The notes beneath the pieces are model-generated. The model was not told the DNA's origin, made no database searches, and was given only the letters and a program-made list of their open reading frames with translations. Shown here in pieces: positions 37,578 to 50,419 of a stretch of DNA of 64,000 nucleotides; the first letter of the stretch is position 1, and each line of letters begins with the position of its first letter. Source of the stretch: Felis catus (Eukaryota); the NCBI RefSeq assembly GCF_018350175.1, contig NC_058368.1:239074001-239138000 (forward strand), given 5' to 3'. A program made the translations under genes and the position numbers.

Positions 37578-38157
37578 TTTTTTTTTTAAGTATGAATTTC
37601 GATTTGGACTTGAAGCTCAAACTTTGGATTTCTCATGAGCGACCTCCTTTCCTTCCCAGAGGCCAGGCCCTGAAGTTTCCTTTTCCCTCCCTGGGCCATG
37701 GGTGTTTTTTTTTTTTTATTTTTTATTGTACCTTTTCTTGGAGGAGGATCCAGCGTTTGGTGGGTCTCAACCCCAGAGCCTTGCCCCAATGTCTGGAATC
37801 ATTCAGCCTGGGCAGGCCTGTGGCAACAGACCAAATGAATTACCTGGACATCAATAAGGGCATTTCCAGAACACGTTATTTCCCGAATGTGCCCCATCTC
37901 TGGGGTTTCAGACAGTGATGCTGTGGCAAGGTCGCGGCCAGCAGAGGTCAGTGCCCAATACAGTTGTGACACCCTGGACACCATTACATCTCTCTTGTGA
38001 CCTCGAGCCCTAGACCGCGCTGGGATGTGGAAATCCTTACCTAATAAAACCTGCGTGATAAGAAAAGCCTGGTTTTACAGGTGTGTGAGGCTGGAAGACA
38101 GTAAGCGTGTGCAAACAGTGGGACCCGCCACGCCGCAGGCTGGAGAGCTGTGTTTAC

Positions 38158-38247
38158 CTGGTGGAAGCCCAGATAGTCCACGATCGTTGCTGACGCGTAA
38201 AATATCATGCCTTCTGCACTCACAACCAGGGCAAAGCCATCGAGAGA
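38158..38247 (-). CDS. AHRR: AHRR coding exon, 90 bp (start of PAS-A); most 5' AHRR exon found in the window
   Basis: Encodes [30 protein letters not shown]. Acceptor ttcttctag|, donor CAG|gtaaac. Confidence 0.97.
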
Positions 38248-38479
38248 CTAGAAGAAACAAGAACTTGAGTTGGCTCCTGCCCACATTCTCAGAACCTTCA
38301 CAATGAGAAAGCGCAAGCATTGTCTCTGCTGCATTTTCGACCATTTCTCCTGGTCCGTGGTCTGTATTTATAACCTCCAGAAACACCCACTGTTGATTTA
38401 TTTATTTGTTTATTTATGGCCGTTTTGCAATAGGTCCCAAGTGTGCAGATGACAGGGGCGCTTCATCATGGTTTATAAG

Positions 38480-39260
38480 CCTCAACACTGTGTTCTTCTT
38501 TTTCTAATGATTATAAAACTCATCTTGTACAAAATACAAATATCATCATGGAGAGATGAGGCTCCCAGCAGTACCTGAAACAAAACAGGAGCCTCACTTC
38601 ACTATATGGACTGTCCCTGTTCACGCACTTTCTTCCAGACTATGTTCTGGTTTTCCTAAGTGTTTTTATCATGAATAAATATCGAACTCCATCAAGTGCT
38701 ATTTCTACATCTACTGAAACAATAACATAACATTTCTTTAGTCTATTGATGTGGAGAATTTCATGATAGGTCCCTGATGATGAATCATTCTTGCATATTA
38801 CAGGATAAGCCTTATCGTCGCTTCTAATATGCTCTTGGAAGTAACTCACTTTGCTGCGGAGACGCTCATCCGTATTTAAGGAAAAGCTGGCCCACGAGCA
38901 TGCCTCCTGATTTTGGTGTCAGGATCACTAGATACGAGTCAGGCCCCTCTCCCTCTTTTCCATTTCCTGGGCCTACTTATTGAAGGCAAGGATAACGTGC
39001 ACCTTGAAAGTTTGGTTTCACTTCCAAGAGCATTCAGCTTGGGGATGATGGGAGACAGCAAGTGAAAAGGGGAGGGTTTTAGCACCATGTCAGTTTATGT
39101 AATGGTTGTTAGTGTATCCAGGTTTTTAATTTTTTCTTTATCAATTAGAGCATCTTAAAATATCTTCCTCTTCATTTTAAATTTGTTAGTGTCTGCTATT
39201 CACAATATTTTTATGATTATTAAATCAGTTATATCCATAATTATTTGCTGTGCGTGCATG
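38480..39260 (-). mobile_element. Old L1M ORF2 remnant
   Basis: Motifs ttcctaagtgtttttatcatgaata, tctacatctactga, tcttgcatattacaggataa. Confidence 0.6.
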
Positions 39261-39508
39261 TATGTAGAAAAGTGCGGCATGTGGCTACGCTGTGCCTGAC
39301 TTCAAATCTTTATTCAAAAAGCAAGCTTTGTAGCTCCGCCCTGCAGTGATTTCCCAGAATCACCAGTAGTGAAGATGCACAAGAGAACACAGCCACCGAT
39401 TTACATGATCAGTGAGCATTTCATCTATCCTCTATCTATCTATCTATCTATCTGTCTATCTTCTTCCTGCTCACCATCATCATCATTACGATAAAGAAAA
39501 TGATAGCT

Positions 39509-39730
39509 GGGGGCACCTGGGTGGCTCAGTCGGTGAAGCGTCCGACTGGCTCAGGTCATGATCTCATGGTTCCTGAGTTCGAGCCCTGCATCAGGCTCTG
39601 TGCTGACAGCTCAGAGCCTGGAGCCTGCTTCGGATTCTGTGTCTCCCTCTCTCTCTGCCCCTCCCCGGCTCGCACTCTGTCTCTGTCTCTCTCTCAAAAG
39701 GAAATAAACATTAAAAAAATTTAAAAAAAG
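39509..39730 (+). mobile_element. CAN-SINE
   Basis: Typical head and tail; imperfect TSD aaagaaaa..tagct. Confidence 0.92.
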
Positions 39731-40698
39731 AAAAGCTAGCTCACACGGTGCACGTGAGTATTGGGTACCCTACATGGAATGTCTCATTCAATTCTACATC
39801 ACCTCCATGCAGCAGGAGGTTGCAACTCTACTCGGCCAGTGCAGAAGCTGGAGGTGAGGGAGGGCATCCGGGCAGTGGAGTTCATAAATATTTCAATTTG
39901 TATCTTTAAAATACAGACATTTAGAGACTTTAACTTCTATGAAGTTTGTAGTTATTGGCAGTATCTCACAATACTCATTTCCCTTAATTCTTGATCATGT
40001 AGGATATTTTTTCTTTTTAAATTTTTGCTAATTTGTTAAGTGATAAATTATTGTACTATTTACTATAATTTTCATTTCTTTGATTATTAATGGGATGGAT
40101 ATTGATGAGATTCCACACACTCACTGTTAGCCTGTAGTTCTTGCTTGGCAAACTGCTCATGCATATCATTGGCTAATTTTTCTATCAGGGTTTATAAATA
40201 TCAATTCCCAAGAGCTTTTAAACTGCTAATATTGAAGATCTCTAGGCATCCGAGGACAGCAGCAGCCACCTAACCCCAAATACCCTCGCTTATAAATGAT
40301 GGAAAACAACAAGAAAAGTGACACTACACAAATCCATGCCCTTGTCCTGATGAGACCACAGGGAGCTGGTAACTTGCAGAGACATATTGGCAGAAAAGAG
40401 AGTACTAAATCCTAGTGAGCTATGAAAGGAAGAGAGTGTAGTTTCTCCTTAGGAAACTAGAGTAAAAGAGCCAATTAAATCCAACGTCAATGGAAGAAAG
40501 AAAAAAACAAGAGTGAAAAAGTCAATGATATTGTTTAAAATTGTCAAATAATGAACATCATCAACAAAGTCAAATTTGGTTCTTCGAAAAGATTGATAAA
40601 AGATCAATACAAGATCAATAAATTTGATATACCCTTAGCAAATTTTATCAAGAAAAATACAAGTTACTGACACCAGGGATTTACAATCATGACACAGC

Positions 40699-41070
40699 CA
40701 GGCACCTGAGTGGCTCAGTCAGTTAAGCATCCTACTCTTGATCTCGGCTCAGGTCTTTTCTTTTTGTAACAAATTCAAATTTCTTTTTTTTTTTTTTTTA
40801 ATGTTTATTCACTTTTGAGAGGGAGGAGGGGCAGAGAGAGAGGGGGACAGAGGATTTGAAGTGGGCTCTGCACTGAGAGTAGAGAGCCTGACGCAGGGCT
40901 TGAACTCACAAACCACGAGATCATGACCTGAGCCTAGGTTGGATGCTAACTGACTAATCCACCCACGCGTCCATCAGCTCAGGTCTTGATCTCAAGGTTG
41001 TGAGTTTGAGCCCCTCATTGGGCTCCACACTGGGCATGGAGCCTACTTGAAAACAACAACAACAACAAAC
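40699..41070. mobile_element. Nested CAN-SINEs: a + strand short SINE interrupted by a - strand SINE (about 40758-40973)
   Basis: Outer head resumes after the inner element. TSD tc(g/a)gctcaggtctt at 40744-40757 and 40974-40987. Confidence 0.88.
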
Positions 41071-41128
41071 CTTCCCACAAAGAAAACTCCAGACCTAGAT
41101 AAAACAAACAAACAAACAAACAAAACAT

Positions 41129-41345
41129 GGGGCACCTGGGTGGCTCAGTCGGTTAAGCATCTGACTTCGGCTCAGGTCATGATCTAGTGGTTTGTGGGTT
41201 CAAGCCCCGTGTTGGGCTCAGTGCTAACAGTTCAGAGCCTGGAGCCTGTTTCGGATTCTGTGTCTCCTCCACTCTCTGCCCCTCCCTTGCTCATGCTCTG
41301 TCTCTCTCTGTTTCTCAATAATAAATAAACATTAAGAAAATTTTT
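41129..41345 (+). mobile_element. CAN-SINE
   Basis: Typical head, CT tract and aataaa tail. Confidence 0.93.
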
Positions 41346-43330
41346 TTAAACCAAAAAAAACCCATAAAATGCCTAGGAATAAATCTAATAAAAGATGTAC
41401 AAGACCTGAATAATCCAGGAGATATGCCATGCTCCTGCACTGGAAGATTCCACATGGTTTAGAGAGCCCACTCTCTAAAATCGGTCTATGGTGTGATGTG
41501 ATCCCAATCACAATCTCAGGAGGGTTTTCTTCCCTTTGCAGAAATTGTCAAGCTGATTCTAAATTCTATATGTGCAAAGGGCCCATATTTGCCAAAGCAA
41601 CAATGTTAAAGAAGAACAAAATCTCAGAACTTACACTGACTTCGTGACTTAGCATAGAGCTGTGGTAGCCAGGACAACATGGCATTAATGTGTCTGGGAC
41701 AGCTGGTTGTCCGTATGGAAAAAATGAACACGGACTCCTATCTAATTCCACAGAAATTAATTCAAGACATAGCTTAGGCCTAAAGATAAAACCTCATCAT
41801 CATAAGGTTTCTAGAAGAAAACAAAATGTCTTCATGAGTCTGGAATAGGCAGATTTGGATAGGACACAAAAACACTAGCCCTTCATGGAAAAACTTGATA
41901 AACTGGACTTTATTAAAAGACACAATTTAAAAATGTAGAGACAAGCCACAGGGCACGAAAACAGTATTCGCAGCACATTGACCAAGGACCTCATTCAGAA
42001 TATATAAAATTCATAAATGGATAGCAAAAAGATGAACGACCCAATTTTTTTAAATGGGCAAAAGACTTGAACAGATACTTTCCTAGGGAGATGGAAGAAA
42101 GGCCTGTCTATGATGAAAATGTGTCAACATCATTAGTCATCAGGGAAATGCAGATAAACATCACATTAAGATACCATTTCACAAACACTGGGATGGCTAC
42201 AGTCAAAAAAACAGACAACACGAAATGTTGGTGAGGATATGAACCATCACCAGTAAGAACGTAAAATGTGACAATCACGTTGGGAAATGGTTTTGAGGTT
42301 CCTCATAAACATGAACATGCACTCTCCCCATGACCAGAAATTCCACTCAGTGCTTACCCAAGTGAGATGGGTGTGCTCACAAAAACACCCTAACAAGAAT
42401 GTTCATAGCGGCCTCCTTCCCAACCGTCACACTCTGGAAATAACCCAGCAGCTACCAGCCCCACATGAGGGCTATCACACAGAGAAAAAGAGCACCCTGC
42501 TGACCATGGGGCCTGTGCATCTATTTATAGGGAGCCCAGGGGCAGCCCAAACAAAGCAATGGGATAAACACCAGAAAGCAGTTCCCTGGTGGTGGCAGAG
42601 GGAACCACATTAAATGAAAGTAGGAGAAAGTCACAAATAAATTTGAAACCCTAAATAAGTGTATGTTTCCCTAGGAAAATACAATGTATCCATTAGAGAC
42701 AGAAACCTTACCTGACTGATTTCTCTAGAAGACACAGAGGAAGTTACCAAGGATCCAGCCCACAGATGGCTTTAACATGTAACCACCAAGTCTTAAAGAT
42801 CTGATCGCATCAATGCCCCATAAATTGTCCCAGAGCATAGAAAGTCAGGGAATTTTTCCACTTATTTTCAGAAGTGTAACACTGACACTTAACTCTGATC
42901 AAAGAAAAGTACAATAAAAATAAAATTACAGACCTTTAGTTATTGATGAGAATGTACAAATAAAATATTAGCAAACAGATTCCAATTTCACATTAAGGAA
43001 ACACAATACACATGACCAAGTGAACTTATTCCAGGAATGCAAGGTTGACTCAACATTAGGAAACCCATTAGCTTAATACACATTTATAGATCTACCGGGG
43101 ATAGTCTTATAATTATCTCCACAGATGGTAAAAAAGCTTTCCACAAAATTCAACATTTATTCTCTATAAAAACTCTTAAGAAAATAGGAATTATAGGCAC
43201 ATTCTTAACATGATAGTGCTTATGTGGGTGCGTGTTATTTCTAAGTCACCAACTTACTTAGTGGGGAAATATTCTAGGTGTTTCCAATAATACCAGGATG
43301 CAACACAAGGATATCCATGATCTCCCATTC

Positions 43331-43545
43331 CAGCGTGTGCAAACTACAGTCCCAGTTATGGCCTGGCACTTGGTTTTGGGAATAAACTTTTACTGGAACA
43401 CAGACACACTCATTCATTACTTATTGTTTGTGGCCACTCTTGCACTGTAACAGTGGAGCCGAGTGGGTGCAACTGTATGACCCACAAAGCTGAAAATATT
43501 TAGCATCTGGCCTTTTAAGAAAATGTTGGCTGAGTCCTATCCTAC
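43331..43545. mobile_element. MER58-like hAT DNA transposon remnant
   Basis: gcaaacta...aataaacttttactggaacacagacacactcattcatt...gctgaaaatatttagcatctggccttttaagaaaatg matches the recalled MER58A layout. Confidence 0.75.
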
Positions 43546-43710
43546 AGTGACCACCATCAGATGGAAGTGTTAGCTGTTATAGCGAGACGAGAAACCAACA
43601 GGAGGCATAAGAACTGGGCAAAGTAAAATGACTGTCTACAGATGCTATCACTGGATATCTGGAAACTCCTAGAAAGCCAATGATAAAATAACTAAAAAAA
43701 AAAAAAAAAA

Positions 43711-44585
43711 GATGGGCAAAAGACATGAATAGACACTTCTCCAAAGAAGACATCCAGATGGCCAACCGACACATGAAAAAATGCTCAACATCACTCAACA
43801 TCAGGGAAATACAAATCAAAACCACAATGAGATACCACCTCACACCTGTCAGAATGGCTCACGTTAACAACTCAGGCAACAACAGATGTTGGCGAGGATG
43901 CAGGGAGAGAGGATCTCTTTTGCATTGTTGGTGGGAATGCAAGCTGGTGTAGCCACTCTGAAAAACAGTATGGAGGTTCCTCGAAAAACTAAAAATAGAA
44001 CTACCCTACGACGCAGCAATGGCACTACTAGGCATTTACCCATGGGATATAGGTGTGGTGTTTCGAAGGGACACATGCACATGTTTATAGCAGCACTCTC
44101 AACAATAGCCAAAGTATGGAAAGAACTCAAATGTCCATCGATGGATGAATGGATAAAGAAGATGTGGCATATATACAATGGAATATTACTCAGCAATCAA
44201 AAAGAATGAAATCTTGCCATTTGCAACTACGTGGATGGAACTGGAGGGTATTAGGCTAAGTGAAATTAGTCAGAGAAAGACAAAAATCATATGACTTCAC
44301 TCATATGAGGGCTTTAAGAGACAAAACAGATGAACATAAGAGAAGGGAAACAAAAATAATATAAAAACAGGGAGGGGGACAAAACAGAAGAGACTCGTAA
44401 ATATGGAGAACAAACAGGGTTACTAGAGGGGTTGTGGGAGGGGGGTTGGGCTAAATGGGCAAGGGGCACTAAGGAATCTCCTCCTGAAATCACTGTTGCC
44501 CTATGTGCTAACTAATTTGGATGTAAATTAAAAAAAAATTAAAAAATAAAACAAGTTAAAACATTAAAAAAATTAAAAAAAATTA
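43711..44585 (+). mobile_element. Carnivore L1 3' end (ORF2 C-terminus, 3' UTR, A-rich tail)
   Basis: Peptides [24 protein letters not shown] and MFIAALSTIAKVWK; G-rich 3' UTR and A-tail. Confidence 0.92.
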
Positions 44586-46746
44586 AGTAAGGAAGCAGTA
44601 TATAAAATTAGATACCATATTCAATAATCTTTACATACTAGAAAAATAACCAAATTAGAGGATCTGATGATAGATAAAACCCCATTTACAAACACATTAA
44701 AGAAGATCCATTACTTGATAAATAAACTTAACAAGAAAGTGTAAAACACAGGGGCAGAAAGCTTTAAAACTTCTCAAGACACAAAATTATATTTGAACAG
44801 ATGGAAAGACATCCTTTGTTCCTGGACAAGGCAATTCAGCATTGCAAAAATGCCCGTTCTGCCCAAGTGAACCCCCCAACAGACTGCCACCCTGTTTTGG
44901 GAGCAGGCGAGTCGATGCTACGTGCAGGCAGGAAATGTGCAGTCATAGCTACAAAAGACAGGAAAAGTGAGGAGGGAGGGCTGTCTCATTCACACACCGA
45001 AATGTGGGGCCGACCTCTGTAGTCACGACGGCTGGTGCTGGTGTCAGTGACCAGTCAGTGGACTGCATGGCGAGTCCAGAAACAGGCCCCAGCTTAGACG
45101 GAAATGTGGCATAGGAAGCAGGTGTCACCGGAACCACTGGGACAGAACGAGCTTTTCAATAAATGGTGCTTTGTGAAGCTTTTGTTATCGTGCTTTGTGT
45201 TTGTCCGTCTGTCCGTCAGGGCTGGAGAATCATCTTCAAGGTGGTGTTTGCCCCTTCAGGGTTACCAGGTTGATGAGCTCACAGTGGCTCCCGACATGGA
45301 GAATCACCTTATTCCCATGGCCACCGTGGCTCGCTCCTTCTGCTGCAGACAGAGTCAACTCGCTGTTGCTTTATTTAGAGTTCTTTCATGTAGTGTCTCG
45401 ACGAGGTGAGTTCGTTTCTCCTTTGTGCCCTCCATCAGGCTTCAGTGCACGGTTTTCTGACCTCACAGAATTAGCCGCGACCCTCTCCCCTTCCGTTCCG
45501 TGCTCTGGAACTTGGTTTTCTGTATTCAGGTTCGCTAAAACTTGCTTGTAGAAACGAGTGGATCAGACACCCCCACCCCTAGCTCCGCTCCCTCTCACCA
45601 GTGTGACTGACTCTGTTCAGAGTAACATCACATGTACCCACGAACAGCTCCCTCCCAGCTGCCACAGGGCAGAAGCTGGGTTCTGGGGAGCCTCCCTGCT
45701 CCCCGCTCCTGCTCCTGCAGGAATGTAGCTATTGCACGGCAGAGGATGGAACCAGCCAGAGTCCCCCAACATCATGATCCTCCACGGCGCTGCAGTCAGG
45801 CCTCCGTCTCGTGGAGCCACGCAGAACCTGTCCACAGAGTGTGTCTTCTTCTGGGTGATGCCTTGTCTTTACTTTGTTTTCAGATAACACCGTTGTAGGT
45901 TTTCCGCCTACTTCATTCAGGTACAATGTGACTCTTGCCTCAGATGTGTGTTTTCTGTGTTGGGGGTAGAGGTGTAGGAAAAATGCACCTGCCAACCAGA
46001 GCTAGTGTGTTCTGCCGTGTTCTGGTGATGGGACGATGTCACATGAAGGTCCCAGGAAAACCCTCAGGGCAAAGGACCAAGCCTTCCAGCTTCACACAGA
46101 GCCTGCTCCGCTACAAAGCCACACATCCAGCCGCCAAAGTATTTCAAAAAGGGAAGTGACAGCACTCAGGAAAATGTAAAACACACTTGTCAGAGCTCTT
46201 CGAGAGAGATGCGGTAAAACGTCAAAACCAGCCCCAAATGCGCCCGAGAAGCTAGGTGCCCACAGGCAGTCAGGATAGGATTTCTGCTGCGAAATGACCC
46301 CCTCCAGACAACCCTGGAGTGGCCTGGCTCCTCTGTGACTTGGAAGTTTCAAAGTTTTGGACAATTTTCTGACGCAGAGGCACACACACTGGGGCGATGA
46401 CTCTGCAAAGGACTCAGCTTTTGTGCTGAATTTTCTGGGCAAGAAATCCCCATCTCACGTAGCCCTGCAGCCGTGGCCACGGACTTAAATGGTCCTTGCA
46501 AAGCCCCCCGCCCCTGAACCCCAACGTACTTCTGAGGAACAGGAAATTGACCTCATACAACATAGGTGTCCACCAAAACACCTCTAAGAATCAAACTGCG
46601 TTGTCATTTGAATAAATGTCCAGCTCCAGACAGAAGTGTGTGGTCCCACATATCCTAACACCTTTGAGTGGTGAATGGAAAGTCCAGGATCTGCCTGGCT
46701 CTCATCCTAGGGGGCTATTTGAGAGTTTGTAAATACGCCTAAATCA

Positions 46747-46954
46747 GGCGCCTGGGGGGCTCAGTCAGTTGAGTGTCTAACTCTTGATTTTGGCTCAGGT
46801 CATGATCCCAGGGTTGTGGGATCGAGCCCCATGTCCAAGCTCCGCACTGAATGTGGGGCCTGCTTAAGATCTCTCTCTCTTTCTCTCTCCCTGTGCCCCT
46901 CCCCACAACCTCCATCCATGCTCTCTCTCTCTCTCTAAAAAATTAAAAAAAAAA

Positions 46955-46989
<35 letters not shown>

Positions 46990-46990
46990 G
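46747..46990 (+). mobile_element. CAN-SINE ending in a (TA)n microsatellite
   Basis: Head ggcgcctggggggctcagtcagttgag; (TA)n at about 46954-46989. Confidence 0.9.
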
Positions 46991-47549
46991 CGCCTGCCTA
47001 ATGCCCTGCCCAATGCCTCTGTTCTTGGACACACAGTGTTTTGGGGGAGGCACCTATGAACATTTGGAATTTGTCTGTTTACATCATTTATCAAAAGACC
47101 TGCCTTCACTGCCTGAGACAAAAGAAGTGTGGAGGCATGTGACGACATTAAACACACTGCCAGCCTACGGGGTGGGGGCCTGGCTAAGAGGAGTGAGGGC
47201 ACCTGGCACCTGGCACTCACCACCAAAGAGCTGGGCCCCTTTCTGCCTGGACGTGACCTGGCCTCCCTCCTGCCCCACGCTTAGCCGAGGCCCTGGGGGC
47301 TGGAGCCCACGGGGGCTGGTGGGTTTCAGGGTGGCGGGGCAGGGAGAACGGGCTGGTACCACCCACTTCCCACGCAGTGACGGGGACACTTGGGTAAGTC
47401 AGGGCGCTGCCGCCACAGCGGATCGCACCCACCGGTGCTGGCGCAGCCTCCCAGGATGGGAGCAGCCAACCACGAAGCCCCTGCCGTCCTACCCCTGGGA
47501 CTCGGACGGAGGTAGGTGGGGCCACACTGGGGTCCACGGACGGCTGGTT

Positions 47550-49000
47550 GGAAGACCATCGATCGTGCTGATAGACTATCAGAGTGACTATTTGCTGTTG
47601 CCACTACCCTGAGGTCGGGTGACGTGCTCAACGGGCGGGCAGTCAGACCAACTGCCATGTGCTGCTGGCAGCGGTGACCTCTGAGGGGTCTGGCGGCGGG
47701 GGGTGCGTGGCCCTCGGCCCCAGCCCCTCCTGGAGCGCCCGCTGCTCGGCCATCTCCCTGAACGGCTCCCCCGAGGGGAGGCTGCTGCACACTGAGCCTG
47801 TCGTGCTAGCAACGGTTCAAAGACCGAACGACGGCTCAAGGCTCGAGTATATAAAACGCCTTCTTAAAAAAGATTTTATAAGATTAGTCACAACCAAAAA
47901 CAACCTTAATTTTAACTCACAAGGCAGAAATTTTTTAAAAAAGAAAAAGGACCATAAAATGCCGTTTGCCGAGTCATATGGATTCAATATCGGATTGACG
48001 TTCTGGTCCAGAAGCATCATGCCAAATACTTTTACACATGTGGGACCATCTTTCAAATATGCATCGCCAACGTTTGTTTTCTCCCGGTCTCTTTTTAATC
48101 CTACAAGAGTTTTGTGTTTTCTCAAACATGGTACATGGAAAATGAGGTCACTTTTCCAAGTGGAAAAAAGGATTTGGTCCCAAACTTAAGACTGAACTTT
48201 TTTTAAGGGGCAAAAAAGTCACATCTCTATTCAATTACTGAAAGTCACGAAACGTGCACCTGCAACTCAGGGGGCAGCAGGGGTCATGGCAGGTGAGGGC
48301 CCCGGGTGCCCGCGCCTCCCACGCTGCTGGCCCTGCCGCCCACAGCCCCTCTGTGGGGAAAAAGGCAAAAACGTGCGAAAAGCCCGGGACTTCCCTTGGC
48401 AAACCCGTTGCATATCCTGATCTCGTCCAGTCCCGCGGCAGAAAAAACAGCCAGCAAGTACTTCAAAGATCGTTCTGTCAAGGTCACGGCAGAGGAACAC
48501 AACGAGGGAAAATGGAACAATTCTAACGGCCCCTCATCGCTCCTCCCTAGAATAAAGGGACGTGGGGAGCCAAGCACTCCCCTGAGAGCCGCGGCCATGG
48601 CTACGGGGCAACAACACAAGGCCCAGCCCGCGCCAGTCACGCGAGCGAGCGGGCACCAGGCAGCTGCCTGGCCTTGCTGGAGGCAGATCACTCGCGGCCT
48701 CTCCATGGGGCCCGCGTGCGTGCGAGGGAGCGGAATGACTGGCTGTTTATAGATCCCACAAACAGTAAACTCAGCCTTGAATTTCTGCCACGAAGCAGCA
48801 ACGGTGCTTGAAAACAGTTCTTGAAAGACGCAGTTGGCTGACCCCTCGTTCCCTCGCTCTAACCCGGGCCCGGCTCTGGGTAACCCGCTGCCCTGGGCTC
48901 CCCGGGGCCTTCCTTTCCACGGGAACCACAGAAACCGGGGGAGGGGAGGTGCCGGGACAGGGCTCTCAGCAAGAACCACCGCTCTGCAGCAGCGGGGGTG
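47550..49000. promoter_or_regulatory. Repeat-free CpG-rich intronic element, candidate enhancer or internal promoter
   Basis: CpG retention, TATA-like boxes at about 47850 (+) and 48746-48751 (-), XRE TCGCGTGAC at 48636-48644 (-). Confidence 0.45.
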
Positions 49001-49104
49001 GAGCCCAGAACTAGGTGCCGGCTGCCATGTCCAGCATCCACTGTCTTCCCTTCTCTGGGACCATGCTGCTTCTTCACGGACCCTTCAACCTTGTGCTGCC
49101 TTTT

Positions 49105-49232
49105 CAGCTGTGCAACCTTGGCCAAGTTAATTAACCTCTCTGGGCCTCAGTCTCCTCCTCTGAAAAATGTGAATGACAGCAGTGACCACCTATGAGGGTT
49201 AAACGAGCCCTGCCCAGCATAGAGTGAGCAAA
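49105..49232 (+). mobile_element. MIR
   Basis: ctgtgcaaccttggccaagttaattaacctctctgggcctcagtctcctcctctgaaaaatg. Confidence 0.8.
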
Positions 49233-50419
49233 GAATCCATATTGTACTAGAATCCATAGAATCTGTACTATAATTAGAATGCAGGACATGTGATTTGATA
49301 CCAGAAGTGTTGAAATCATTTCCTAAAGTGAGAACAAAGCCTATATTTTAAAACTGGGATCTACTTCCTGAGTACAAACATCTTAACGTGAAGTTTGGTT
49401 GATTAAAAGCCAGCCCAGTTAGGGACAATCAATAAATAAATGCTATTGATGAGTCTGAGGGTCCATCTGGAGGAAGCAGGCCTGTCCTCGCAGGCGTCCT
49501 GATGGCTGGAGGGTTGCACTCACTGACCCTGAAATCTCTGACCTCACTCTCCGAGTATGTTCTAGACCACCAGCCTTGGCCTGGCTACCATGGGTCACTC
49601 CAGACCTTCTGGGTCAGAGCCTGCCTTGGACAAGTTCCAGACTTTCCTTCACACGTGGGCAGCTCTACACCCAGGAGAGCCTGATCCAGCTTTGCCCCAC
49701 TTTGCCCCCCCACCACTTCCGAAGAGCAGGAAGGAGGGGTGGTGCTGGGGCCTGAGGTGGCTTGGTGATAAAGCCCTCCAGGCAGAACACCACCAGCAGG
49801 AGGGAGAGCTACAAGGGTAACCTGTAGACCCGCAGGGTGCTGGCAGCCTCCTCATGAGGGGGGAGTCAGGTGTGAGCCTGAGCCGGCAGTGGGCCATCCC
49901 CCAGCATGCCCGGGGAGGGATGCTCTGAGACAGAACAGGCACTCCAGCATCCAGGTGACAGGAAGGTTCTCAGGTTCCCAGAGGTTCAGCTGCTGCCGCA
50001 CGAACCCAGGATGACACAGAGCTGCCTGGAAGGTCCTCACAAATGCTGGCTCCTCCCAGAGTAATTAAAACTCCACATGATGGCTCAGGGCTGCAATTCC
50101 TCAGTGTTCCACAGATTCAAACATTGAAATGGTAACGTGAACAAGAGTTAAAACACGTGACATCTTAAGTAAGCATGGCCCATGCTCCTCCCATGGGGCT
50201 TCCCTACCAGAGGCTGGCCCAGTCTCCTCACCTTGTGCTGAAATCACCTGCTGGAGACCCACTCAATGGCTCAGAGCTCAGTGGGGGCAGGACCTGGGAC
50301 ACATGTGTCTAAGCCTAGGAGACCCTACAACCAAGCAGGACCAGAGTAAGCACAATGGTCACTAAGTGAGAGGGACCCAGTGAGCCCAACTCAGTGGCTG
50401 AGGATAGTCAGAGGTTTAT

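Larger units (their letters stand above)
40250..45200 (+). mobile_element. Patchwork of old L1M fragments interrupted by SINEs, MER58 and a younger L1
   Basis: Motifs ggttcttcgaaaagattgataa, cctaggaataaatctaa, aatgggcaaaagacttgaacag, ttattccaggaatgcaagg. Confidence 0.75.

Noticed and set aside
47755..47790. + strand peptide SLNGSPEGRLL resembling AHRR EGRLLLESLNG
   Set aside because: Wrong strand, motif order swapped and no splice sites. The true upstream AHRR exon was not found and probably lies beyond 64000.
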